NCBI GenBank assembly: GCA_041654195.1 | Contig: JBAZDV010000001.1 | Coordinates: 1-24,790, forward strand | Reading direction: 5' to 3' | DNA: 24,790 bases | Source of the DNA: Candidatus Methanomethylophilaceae archaeon | Lineage (GTDB): Archaea > Thermoplasmatota > Thermoplasmata > Methanomassiliicoccales > Methanomethylophilaceae | Shown here: positions 7,482 to 15,989 of the stretch, one piece after another | Numbering within the stretch: position 1 is the first letter of the stretch | Layout: each line of letters begins with the position of its first letter | The notes under the pieces: generated by a model | Databases searched by the model: none | What the model was told of the DNA's origin: nothing | The model's input: the letters and a program-made list of their open reading frames with translations, nothing else | Position numbers and translations under genes: made by a program

Positions 7482-8405
7482 ATGGAAAAGACAGAGAAGA
7501 TATGGTTTGACGGAAAATTGGTCAACTGGAAAGACGCCACCGTTCACGTCTTAGCACATGCTCTTAACTACGGAACAGGTGTGTTCGAGGGTATCCGTGT
7601 GTATCAGACGCCGAAAGGGGCCGCAGTCTTTAGGCTCAAGGATCACACGAAGAGGCTAATGGACGGCTGTAAGATCATGGGAATAGATCTTAAATTCGCC
7701 GGAAAGGTCTATGATTTCGATGACATCATGAATGCCATCAAAGAGGTCGTCAGAGTAAACAAGAATGTCGATTACGTCAAACCATGTGTCTTCCTTTGCG
7801 GGGAAGAGGTCGGTCTCAACCCGATCGGGGTACCGTCGAGCATGGCGATCACAGGTATCAACATGGGTATGTACCTCGGAAAAGGTGCGGACAAAGGAGC
7901 CTCGCTGATGGTTTCGACATGGCAAAGGCCCGACAATCTTTGCGCACCAGCTGGTGCAAAGGTCAACGGTGTCTATGTCACCTCGTGTCTCGCAAAGAGA
8001 GAAGCCGTCATGCGTGGTGCAAGCGAGGCAGTGATGCTCAACAGCAACGGATACGTCGCAGAATGCTCCGGAGAGAACATATTCATCTACAAGCGCGGCA
8101 AGATCTATACCCCCAAACCGTCCAACAGTCTGTTGGAAGGGATAACGAGGAATTCGATAATGGAGGTCGCCTCGGATCTTGGATACGAGGTCATCGAGAC
8201 GGATGTCAGCAGGACAGAGTTAATGACCGCCGATGAGGTTTGGATGACCGGTACCGCGGCAGAGGTCGCACCCGTCACCATAGTGGACGAGAGACCTGTC
8301 GGTAACGGTAAGGTCGGTAAGGTCGCTTTGGAGATACGTGACAAGTTCGCAGATATCACGCGCGGAAAAGATCCAAAATACAGTGCCTGGTTGGATTACG
8401 TTTAA
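7482..8405 (+). CDS. ilvE: Branched-chain amino acid aminotransferase
   Basis: HALNYGTGVFEGIR, AKVNGVY (PLP lysine), ECSGENIF, LEGITR and GTAAEV motifs. Confidence 0.95.
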   Translation: MEKTEKIWFDGKLVNWKDATVHVLAHALNYGTGVFEGIRVYQTPKGAAVFRLKDHTKRLMDGCKIMGIDLKFAGKVYDFDDIMNAIKEVVRVNKNVDYVKPCVFLCGEEVGLNPIGVPSSMAITGINMGMYLGKGADKGASLMVSTWQRPDNLCAPAGAKVNGVYVTSCLAKREAVMRGASEAVMLNSNGYVAECSGENIFIYKRGKIYTPKPSNSLLEGITRNSIMEVASDLGYEVIETDVSRTELMTADEVWMTGTAAEVAPVTIVDERPVGNGKVGKVALEIRDKFADITRGKDPKYSAWLDYV

Positions 8406-8415
8406 ACAATCTTAC

Positions 8416-8437
8416 AGAGGGTCTAACCCTCTTTTTT
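8416..8437 (+). terminator. Terminator after ilvE
   Basis: AGAGGGT-CTA-ACCCTCT followed by TTTTT. Confidence 0.7.
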
Positions 8438-8475
8438 ATATCTAATCGAGATCTGAAAAAGATCGGAGTGCGGGA

Positions 8476-8776
8476 TCAGACGGGTCGTTCATAGACGTCG
8501 TCCGATATGTCGTCAACGACGTCTTGTACGGATTTTGCCTTTTCCAGCATTCGCATGGTATATTCCGGTCTCGTATCTCAGAAAGTCCGATGTTTTCGTG
8601 GCGATAACCTTAGGTTCTATGTCTATACTATAGGAAATACAGTCATGTACGAATTCATACGCGATCCTTGTTTTTTCTACATCTGGCAAAATTCTTTCGA
8701 AGAGATTCTGTGCTTTACTCCGTATGATCGGTGCTGAATGATCCGCATGTCTGTTCTCTTCGAGAAATATACCCCT
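8476..8776 (-). pseudogene. Degraded transglutaminase-like cysteine-protease-family gene with internal deletion
   Basis: One frame reads FLEENRHADHSAPIIRSKAQNLF...EKTRIAYEFVHDCISYSIDIEPKVIATKTSDFLRYETGIYH, resembling the recalled family N-half (AYEFVRDEI.HS.D...A..ASDVL...GICHAK). A second frame then reads TMRMLEKAKSVQDVVDDISD..ERPV*, a C-terminal-like segment. There is no in-frame start codon. Confidence 0.7.
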
Positions 8777-8869
8777 GTGTTTACTCTTAACAACATATGT
8801 CCGTTGATGGATCGATCGTCAGAACGCTGATCCTGGATAAGGATCAGAAGGCCTGCGGTCGAAAGCGTT

Positions 8870-9517
8870 TCATGACATATTCACAAATGGTTCAGGTGTC
8901 TCAAGATTTTTTTTGCAAAATTCTTTGGTTTTGATGATCGTTTGCTGAATATATCTCAGATCGCATTCTCGACAATCATGTTTCAGTTTTAATTCGTTGG
9001 CAAAACATTGGGATTTTTCTTCAAAGTAATCTCTCTTTCCTATCCCTGTGTCAATGAAAAGGCACCTCTCATACGATTCAAAAAGAATGTCCAAAAAGAA
9101 AGAGGGATCGACGCCTTCTACACTATCGAGATGTAAATCTTTTACGAGACCGTTGATCCCCTGCTCTGCCCATCCTGGAGATGAGAACCATGTTCCAGCG
9201 CAGATTCTTTTTTCCGCTGCATATTCTTGTGCGCCCAAAAGTGCATCTATGCAGTCAGCGCCTGACAACATGACGGTCGGTACTTCTAAGACATTTGTTA
9301 TCCCTTCCAGCGACTGACATGTTCCATAACCGAGGAAAACCGCATCCACACATCCCTTCAGTGAATTGACCTTCTCGATGATGGTACGTTTCATTGCCTC
9401 AGGATTTTCGTGCAGGGCGAATTCCAAATATTCACGATAAACGAAATCAGGATCATCCTTGGTCAGGAATTCGATCTCATTTTTCAAAATGTCGCATGCG
9501 ACGATGCCGATCTTCAT
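8870..9517 (-). CDS. DUF1638 domain protein
   Basis: IVACDILKNEI, ALHENPE, FLGYGTC, DCIDALLG and YERCLFIDTG pattern. Confidence 0.82.
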   Translation of the reverse strand: MKIGIVACDILKNEIEFLTKDDPDFVYREYLEFALHENPEAMKRTIIEKVNSLKGCVDAVFLGYGTCQSLEGITNVLEVPTVMLSGADCIDALLGAQEYAAEKRICAGTWFSSPGWAEQGINGLVKDLHLDSVEGVDPSFFLDILFESYERCLFIDTGIGKRDYFEEKSQCFANELKLKHDCRECDLRYIQQTIIKTKEFCKKNLETPEPFVNMS

Positions 9518-9710
9518 AATTGTTTAATATTGTTATTCATTTAAAAATATTGTCAAAGATCAGTAGAGGAGCGGGTCTTCTTTCATAATTTTTCACTGAG
9601 AACTTCGAAAGATCGACGGTCGCAACGAACAAACGCAGTCATTCGGAATTGCATGTATCGGCCGATGCAAAATGGTCGAAAGATAAACATATTCACACGC
9701 ACGAATGTTT

Positions 9711-9729
9711 TAAAGGGGGCCGAAGCCCC
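9711..9729 (-). terminator. Terminator after malic enzyme
   Basis: Minus strand GGGGC-TTCG-GCCCC followed by CTTT. Confidence 0.6.
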
Positions 9730-9737
9730 ATAAAGGT

Positions 9738-11096
9738 CTATTGATATGCCTTACCAGCATCTGCAATATAACCGTCATCCATCATCTTAGCCGTGAGTCC
9801 TCTGGACCTCTTGATCATGAATTCTGCCCTGTCGTAGAGTTCTTTGCGGCTTAGTTTGAGACGTGCAACGCCCTGTTTCTGTGCCTGCATAGCAACAGCG
9901 ACCGCTTCTCTGGGGAAGACCTCCCACTCACTCATGGCAGGAATGATGTATTCTTCGGTCAGTCCTTTTTCCTCTGCGCATTTTGCCAATTCCTTCGCGG
10001 CCGCAATGCACATTTCGTCTGTGATAGTAGACGCTCTGACATCAAGGACACCACGGAAGATCGCAGGGAAACCCATCGAGTTGTTCACCTGGTTGGGGAA
10101 ATCCGAACGGCCGGTCGCAACGATCTTTGCGCCGTGTGCCTTCGCCTCCCATGGCCAAATCTCCGGGATCGGGTTGGCGGTGGGGAAAACAACAGCATCA
10201 TTGGCCATGAGGTCAATGTATTCCGGCGGGATGGTCCCGGGGCCCGGTTTAGATGCTGCGATAACGATATCTGCGCCTGTCATGGCCTCTTTCATTCCAC
10301 CTACTTTACCTGCGCCATTGGTCTTTTGGCAGATCTCCCATTTCTGTTTGAAATCTTTCTGGACGTCCTCTCTTGCGATATTGAGGATACCTTTCGAGTC
10401 ACACATGCACAGATGTTTGGAATTAAAACCGGTGGCAAGGAGCAGTCTTGCGATAGCGATCGATGCCGCTCCGGCACCGATGATCGTCACTGAGGCCTCA
10501 GACCATTTTTTTCCAACGAATTTCATCGCGTTCATAGCGCCCGCGACCTCGACGGTCGCAGTTCCCTGTTGATCGTCATGCCATACGGGGATCTTGCAGT
10601 CCCTTCTCAATTCATCAAGGATGTCAAAGCACTTAGGATTGGATATGTCCTCTAGGTTTATACCGCCGAAGGAAGGTGCTAGTAATCTTACTGTCTCTAT
10701 GATCTTCTCGGGATCTTTGGTGTCAAGACATATCGGGACGCAATCCACACCGCCGAGATATTTGAACAGCATGGCCTTCCCTTCCATAACGGGCATCGCT
10801 GCCTCTGGGCCTATGTCTCCAAGTCCGAGAACACGGGTCCCGTCCGAAACCACGGCGACCGTGTTCCATTTCCAGGTATGCTCGTATACCTGATCGATAT
10901 CCTTAGCAATAGCCTTGCAAGGCTCAGCAACACCGGGAGAATACCAGATGGCGAAGTCGTCAAAGGATCTGACGCAGGCCTTGGGTACGATCTCGATCTT
11001 CCCTCCATAATATTTGTGAAGAATCATTGCATCTTTTCCGGGTTGTTTTGCCTTTTCTAGACGTTGTTCTACTGTTAACTCCTTATCGTCTGCCAT
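9738..11096 (-). CDS. NAD(P)-dependent malic enzyme
   Basis: YSPGVAEPC, VVSDGTRVLGLGDIG, MEGKAMLFK, GGINLEDI, HDDQQGT, GAGAA, ANPIPE and TGRSDFPNQVNN motifs. Start set to ATG 11096 after a GGAGAG SD. Confidence 0.95.
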   Translation of the reverse strand: MADDKELTVEQRLEKAKQPGKDAMILHKYYGGKIEIVPKACVRSFDDFAIWYSPGVAEPCKAIAKDIDQVYEHTWKWNTVAVVSDGTRVLGLGDIGPEAAMPVMEGKAMLFKYLGGVDCVPICLDTKDPEKIIETVRLLAPSFGGINLEDISNPKCFDILDELRRDCKIPVWHDDQQGTATVEVAGAMNAMKFVGKKWSEASVTIIGAGAASIAIARLLLATGFNSKHLCMCDSKGILNIAREDVQKDFKQKWEICQKTNGAGKVGGMKEAMTGADIVIAASKPGPGTIPPEYIDLMANDAVVFPTANPIPEIWPWEAKAHGAKIVATGRSDFPNQVNNSMGFPAIFRGVLDVRASTITDEMCIAAAKELAKCAEEKGLTEEYIIPAMSEWEVFPREAVAVAMQAQKQGVARLKLSRKELYDRAEFMIKRSRGLTAKMMDDGYIADAGKAYQ

Positions 11097-11114
11097 TATA
11101 TTTCTCTCCACGTA

Positions 11115-11140
11115 ATAATTCTACGAATTTCGTAGATTAT
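11115..11140. promoter_or_regulatory. Palindromic candidate operator between malic enzyme and the radical SAM gene
   Basis: TCTACGAA-T-TTCGTAGA is a perfect 8-bp inverted repeat, extendable with ATAAT/TTAT. Confidence 0.4.
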
Positions 11141-11174
11141 CTTCGAATTACAATCGACCACAACAAAGTGTTGT

Positions 11175-11183
11175 TATTTATAT
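11175..11183. promoter_or_regulatory. Candidate bidirectional TATA element
   Basis: Plus-strand TTTATAT lies ~25 nt before ATG 11208. The minus strand reads ATATAAATA toward malic enzyme. Confidence 0.45.
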
Positions 11184-11207
11184 GTAACCGAGTCTACAGA
11201 TTCCCAT

Positions 11208-12818
11208 ATGGTAGGGGACATAAAGGTCGTTCTCATCGACGGGTATATTGACGATCCTGCAGCACTTGGCGTGCCTCCTTATATTTCACCCATGGTCAGA
11301 GCGGTGGCCGGTGCTGCCATCGATGCAGGTGGTGATGTCGAATACATAACCATCGATCAGATCCGTAAAGGAAGACGCATTCCTGAGGCAAAGGTCAGTG
11401 TCGTTCTGTCCGGAAATACGGTTCCAGGCAAATATATTCGTTCAATGCCGATGTCATCGAAAGAGTTGGACAGCCTCGTTCCTTTGCTGAAGGGCTGGAA
11501 ACTGATTGGGGGTTCTGCCGCAGCATCCAGTGTTGCCGACAGATTCGATTTTGCAGTCCAGATAGATCTGGCCGCATCGCTGTATGACGGAATGACAGGT
11601 CTAGAGGTAGGTGAGAGATACAGAACACTTGGGGAATGGAATCGCTGGTTGATGCTTGGTGCGGGGATAGTGAGACAGCATCAGGATTATCCGTATCCTC
11701 TGGTGGCAGAGATCGAGACATACAGAGGATGTCACAGGTACAGCAGCGGCGGTTGTTCATATTGCATCGAACCGCTGAAAGGGAAACCACTTATGCGGTC
11801 CGAGGAAGATATTCTAGCAGAAGCGGGATTACTGAGAAGCTTCGGTATAAGGAATGTTCGTATCGGTGGTCAGACATGCATAATGTCATACGGTTCCGAA
11901 GATGACAGCGGAGTTCCAAGACCAGAACCAGAAAAGATCTCTAAACTGTTCAATGGGTTGAAGCATCTTGATTTCGATGTGTTGCATGTGGACAATGCGA
12001 ATCCTGCCGTGATCTCTGAATATCCGGAAGAATCAGAGAAGATCCTGAGAACGTTGGTGGATTGTTGTACACCCGGAAACGTATTGGCACTGGGGATGGA
12101 AAGTGCAGATATTAATGTTATAAATTCCAACAATCTGAACAGTACGCCGGATCAGGTCTTGACCGCAGTGAGACTGATCAATAAGGTTGGTTCTGAACGC
12201 GGAAGCAACGGAATGCCCAAATTACTTCCCGGATTGAATTTCATTGCAGGATTGGACGGAGAGACCGAAGATACCTATCGTTTGAACAGGGCGTTCCTCC
12301 AAAGACTTGTGGACGAGGGACTAATGCTGCGTCGTATAAACATCCGTCAAGTTTTGCCGATCAGAAGAGAATTCAATGTCAGAGTGAATCCAAATCTGTT
12401 CAAGAAGTATAAACAGGATATTCGTGAAAATATAGATGCGGTCATGTTGGAACGTATTGCGCCCAGAGGGACCGTTTTAAAAGATGTTTTCATGGAACTT
12501 CGCGACGGGGGAATCACATTCGGGAGGCAGATCGGTACATATCCATTGCTTGTGGGTGTTCCGTATCCGTTAGAGGTGGGCAAAGTATTCGATCTCATCG
12601 TAACAGATTGGGGATTTCGTTCCATCACGGGCATAGAACATCCGTTTCGTATAAACGAGGCCTCAATGGCAGCGATCGCATCGCTTCCCGGTATAGGAAA
12701 AAAAAGATCTGCCAACATCGTAAGATACAGGCCTTATACGAATTTCGACGAATTCTCAAAAATAATGGATGATGCGGACGTCCTCGAAGGATTAAGGACA
12801 CTGATATCATTCGATTGA
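11208..12818 (+). CDS. Radical SAM protein with C-terminal TRAM-like and helix-hairpin-helix regions (COG1031-like)
   Basis: N-terminal DGYIDDPAALGVPPYISP, ETYRGC-x7-C-x2-C (11730-11765), GMESAD, LNFIAGL.GET, and C-terminal IASLPGIGKKRS (HhH). Confidence 0.88.
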   Translation: MVGDIKVVLIDGYIDDPAALGVPPYISPMVRAVAGAAIDAGGDVEYITIDQIRKGRRIPEAKVSVVLSGNTVPGKYIRSMPMSSKELDSLVPLLKGWKLIGGSAAASSVADRFDFAVQIDLAASLYDGMTGLEVGERYRTLGEWNRWLMLGAGIVRQHQDYPYPLVAEIETYRGCHRYSSGGCSYCIEPLKGKPLMRSEEDILAEAGLLRSFGIRNVRIGGQTCIMSYGSEDDSGVPRPEPEKISKLFNGLKHLDFDVLHVDNANPAVISEYPEESEKILRTLVDCCTPGNVLALGMESADINVINSNNLNSTPDQVLTAVRLINKVGSERGSNGMPKLLPGLNFIAGLDGETEDTYRLNRAFLQRLVDEGLMLRRINIRQVLPIRREFNVRVNPNLFKKYKQDIRENIDAVMLERIAPRGTVLKDVFMELRDGGITFGRQIGTYPLLVGVPYPLEVGKVFDLIVTDWGFRSITGIEHPFRINEASMAAIASLPGIGKKRSANIVRYRPYTNFDEFSKIMDDADVLEGLRTLISFD

Positions 12819-12853
12819 GTGAATAGATATATCTTCAATCCGTTCTACGAACG

Positions 12854-13900
12854 ATGGATACCATTCTTGCTGCAAGATTTCCGTTTCTCAGCGATGCGTC
12901 TGCGTTGGCTGCAGAAAACGGAGCAGACATCGAATCTCTGATAGCATCTCCATTGTTCCTAGATGCAAGGAAAAGGGGCGTAGAAAGGGTTGAAGATGCG
13001 GTCAAAGAATCCGAGGTCTCGTACGTCTCTTTGATCTCGCCCTATGAACAGCTCATGGAGATAATGTCATACCCGTATGCAAGGATGATCGTTTCCTGCA
13101 TCAATGATCGTTTCCTGACCAAAAGATATGCACTTGCTGAATCTGTGAGAATGAATAGATTGCTTGGCAGTGAAATGCAAAGTACGGTTCTTCAGGTCTC
13201 GCAGTCGTTAGGAGTAAAATCCATCTTGGTCGACGATAAACTAAAAATGCATTTCAGCGATTTTCTCAAATTCTCAACGCGCATAAAAAGTCCGGAATGG
13301 AAACTGGTCAACTCGGAAATGTACGAAGGTTATGTTTTTTTGTCACATGAAAAATTCGATCGTCTTCTACAAAATGCGTTACAAGATAGAATAGAAGCAG
13401 AATTGCCGTTAGATATACCAGACGAGATCAAGAAGGCCATTTCCAAAGATATGGACCACATCAAGATGATGCTCGCCGAAATAAAGAACAGATATAGTCC
13501 GCAGTTCACGGGAGAATTGGTGGTAGAACAGCTTCCGCCGTGCATCAGAACTCTTTTGAGCAATGCTCAAAACGGCGTAAATCTACCACACAGCGGAAGA
13601 TTCGCAATGGTATCTTTCTTGCACGCCATAGGCATGAATTCCGATCAGATATTGACATTATTTTCTCAATCACCTGATTTTGACGAGTCAAAATCAAGTT
13701 ATCAGATCAGGCACATCACAGGAGAACTGCACGGAAGTGACGGGTATACGCCACCCGAATGCAGCACGATGAAGACCAACGGTATATGTTACGAACCAGA
13801 CAGTCTATGCAATAGTGGAAAAATGAGTCATCCTCTGTTGTATTACAGAATCAAATCAAATACCAAAAGACCATCCGAGATGGAGAAAAAGGAAGGATGA
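12854..13900 (+). CDS. priL: DNA primase large subunit
   Basis: RFPFLSDA, E..SYPYARMIVS, LPPCI, LPHSGRF, YQIRHI and YTPPECSTM...C (Fe-S domain) motifs. Confidence 0.93.
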   Translation: MDTILAARFPFLSDASALAAENGADIESLIASPLFLDARKRGVERVEDAVKESEVSYVSLISPYEQLMEIMSYPYARMIVSCINDRFLTKRYALAESVRMNRLLGSEMQSTVLQVSQSLGVKSILVDDKLKMHFSDFLKFSTRIKSPEWKLVNSEMYEGYVFLSHEKFDRLLQNALQDRIEAELPLDIPDEIKKAISKDMDHIKMMLAEIKNRYSPQFTGELVVEQLPPCIRTLLSNAQNGVNLPHSGRFAMVSFLHAIGMNSDQILTLFSQSPDFDESKSSYQIRHITGELHGSDGYTPPECSTMKTNGICYEPDSLCNSGKMSHPLLYYRIKSNTKRPSEMEKKEG

Positions 13901-13901
13901 C

Positions 13902-14549
13902 CTATCCTTTGCACATGTTTTTCCAGGTGATTATCCCTCTCTGGACAGCTGTTATATTTCCAACGACAGCAAACCACAGCATCATGATCTCCAACCAAGT
14001 GATGTCAAATGCGTAGTTGCCAACGGTGAAATTGAACGAGGCATATGCGGTACCGAGGAGTATGAACTGTATTAGTGGGAATATGGTACTTAGGACGACG
14101 CGGTCCGCGCGGCCTAACAAGCCAGCGTAAAGGCGTGGTGCACCTACTGCCTGTGCCTGTGTCCCCATGTACGATGTGAGCAATACACCGACAAGTGCCA
14201 GCAATCCCAAATACGGATTGCACCAAGCACTTACCGCAACTCCGCCGATCATGAATACGTCCGCATATCTGTCAAAGACATGGTCAAGATAATCACCTTT
14301 CAAAGAGGCCTTTCCGGAGAGTTTTGCAACTTTCCCGTCCAGTGCATCGAAATAACCTGAAATGATCACGACAATTGCGCCGATCACCAGAAGAATATGG
14401 TTATCATAACTGAGGTAAAAAAGCAATCCAGATACGAATGCGAGTATCAGGCCGATCCACGAAATGGTATTCGGATTGACATTGATCATTCTTTTCGCTA
14501 CGGGAATGAGCGCAAAATCTACCTTGCTTCTCTGTCCATCTAGAACCAT
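13902..14549 (-). CDS. CDP-alcohol phosphatidyltransferase (archaetidyl headgroup synthase family)
   Basis: NPNTIS and the DALDGKVAK...GDYLDHVFDRYAD signature. Multiple TM helices. Confidence 0.93.
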   Translation of the reverse strand: MVLDGQRSKVDFALIPVAKRMINVNPNTISWIGLILAFVSGLLFYLSYDNHILLVIGAIVVIISGYFDALDGKVAKLSGKASLKGDYLDHVFDRYADVFMIGGVAVSAWCNPYLGLLALVGVLLTSYMGTQAQAVGAPRLYAGLLGRADRVVLSTIFPLIQFILLGTAYASFNFTVGNYAFDITWLEIMMLWFAVVGNITAVQRGIITWKNMCKG

Positions 14550-15073
14550 TTTTCCATCTCCTCAGTCCAATTCACATTTCCTGGTTGGTAGTCATTTGTC
14601 TTCTTATGGATAATGTCTTCTGTTCTTTCCACCGATTCATCAACGGTCAGTGATGTGCAGTCGATCTCGAATGTCGGCAGACCGGTGTCGATAGATTCGC
14701 ATAGAATCACATCCAATACCTCTGCCTGAACGTTCTCCAGGATTTTCTCGTGGTCGTAGCCTCTTCTTTCAAGTCTTTCGTATATGACAGAGGGTGCACA
14801 TCTGATGACGATTATAGTATCACAATCCACAAAATGTGCTAGATGTCCATCCAGAATGACGGTGTGTTCTTCATTTTTTAGATGTTCAAGCGATCCACTG
14901 AGTGCACAGGTATCAACGTTGAATGAGTCCATTTTCTTATCGAACGATCCAAGAAGACCGTTATCGACAATATACTGATGTAGATCGATCACATCATAAC
15001 CCTTTGCGCGAAGACCTTTTGAAATGGTGGTCTTTCCGACCCCTGGTGTTCCGGTGAGTGCAAACAATGTCAT
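14540..15073 (-). CDS. Atypical adenylate kinase (AK6/Fap7/hCINAP family)
   Basis: GTPGVGKTT P-loop, ILDGHLAH, and RLERRGY...KI.ENVQAE. Confidence 0.9.
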   Translation of the reverse strand: MTLFALTGTPGVGKTTISKGLRAKGYDVIDLHQYIVDNGLLGSFDKKMDSFNVDTCALSGSLEHLKNEEHTVILDGHLAHFVDCDTIIVIRCAPSVIYERLERRGYDHEKILENVQAEVLDVILCESIDTGLPTFEIDCTSLTVDESVERTEDIIHKKTNDYQPGNVNWTEEMEKWF

Positions 15074-15074
15074 C

Positions 15075-15989
15075 TCATATCATACTCAATGCTTTGTCGG
15101 CGCGTTCCATTACCTGGTCCCACGATGGGATATTGGATAATGCGCCGATCTCCTCTACCACAAAAGAAGCTGTTGCCGTTGCGATTACGAAGGATTCCTC
15201 CATCGAATATTTTCTGTATCGACCTGCATAGTATCCTGCTCTGAATGCATCTCCTGCGCCGGTAACATCCACGGTCTTTTTTGCTTCAATACGGTCGAAG
15301 TGACGGAATTTGCCGTTGATATAGATATCACTGCCGTCCATGCCTCTGGTACAGACGACCAGTTGTTTATCGATCTTTGAGAGTGAGTCTATGTTCAGAT
15401 ATTGCATTATTATCTTAGCCTCGTGTTGATTGCAAAAAAGTGCATCTGACAGGCTCAGGGCATCGGCGAGCAGTTTCGGGTTCCACATCTTATGAATTTC
15501 CTGTGCAGGGTCCAATGCAATCTTTCCCTGTCCGTTTATGGCATTCATCACAGAGATGTAGTATTTCGGTTCTCCTGTGCAGAAATGAACATATGATGAT
15601 TCCTTTGCGTTTTTGGTCATCAGATGATTCAGGGAGGATGCGGACCCCTGTGGGCCCTGATAGAACAGGACCCTCTGTTCCATACTAATATCGTTGACTA
15701 CAATGGCCTGGGAAGTTTCAAAACCTTCCACTTTGATGAATTCGTTCATTATAAGGTCCTTTGAGGCCATGAATTTTTCAAAATCCTTTGGAAAATCACT
15801 GCCTACAAAGGAACATATGGCTGTTGGCACACCCAATGCTGCAGCCATGACGGAGATATTTGTACCAGTTCCACCCAGTTTGGTATTTTTCGATATCACA
15901 TCCGTGGATGTGTTGGGCAAAGGGAAATTGGTAACAGACATTATCTGATCGATAGATACATGCCCGTATACCGACAGAAAAGGTTTCAT
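15075..15989 (-). CDS. PfkB-family carbohydrate/nucleoside kinase
   Basis: GGTGTNIS and DVTGAGDAFRAG PfkB signatures. Start set to ATG 15989, a TAATG overlap with the ahcY stop. Confidence 0.9.
   Translation of the reverse strand: MKPFLSVYGHVSIDQIMSVTNFPLPNTSTDVISKNTKLGGTGTNISVMAAALGVPTAICSFVGSDFPKDFEKFMASKDLIMNEFIKVEGFETSQAIVVNDISMEQRVLFYQGPQGSASSLNHLMTKNAKESSYVHFCTGEPKYYISVMNAINGQGKIALDPAQEIHKMWNPKLLADALSLSDALFCNQHEAKIIMQYLNIDSLSKIDKQLVVCTRGMDGSDIYINGKFRHFDRIEAKKTVDVTGAGDAFRAGYYAGRYRKYSMEESFVIATATASFVVEEIGALSNIPSWDQVMERADKALSMI

Noticed and set aside
8507-8737. 76-aa plus-strand ORF
   Set aside because: It is better explained as antisense to the transglutaminase-like remnant.
9545-9700. 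AGTAGAGG resembling the start of a lysine riboswitch
   Set aside because: It is on the wrong strand for the adjacent gene, and the remaining riboswitch helices are not evident.
9844-10572. 242-aa plus-strand ORF
   Set aside because: It is antisense to malic enzyme in codon register, with no motifs or SD. Shadow ORF.
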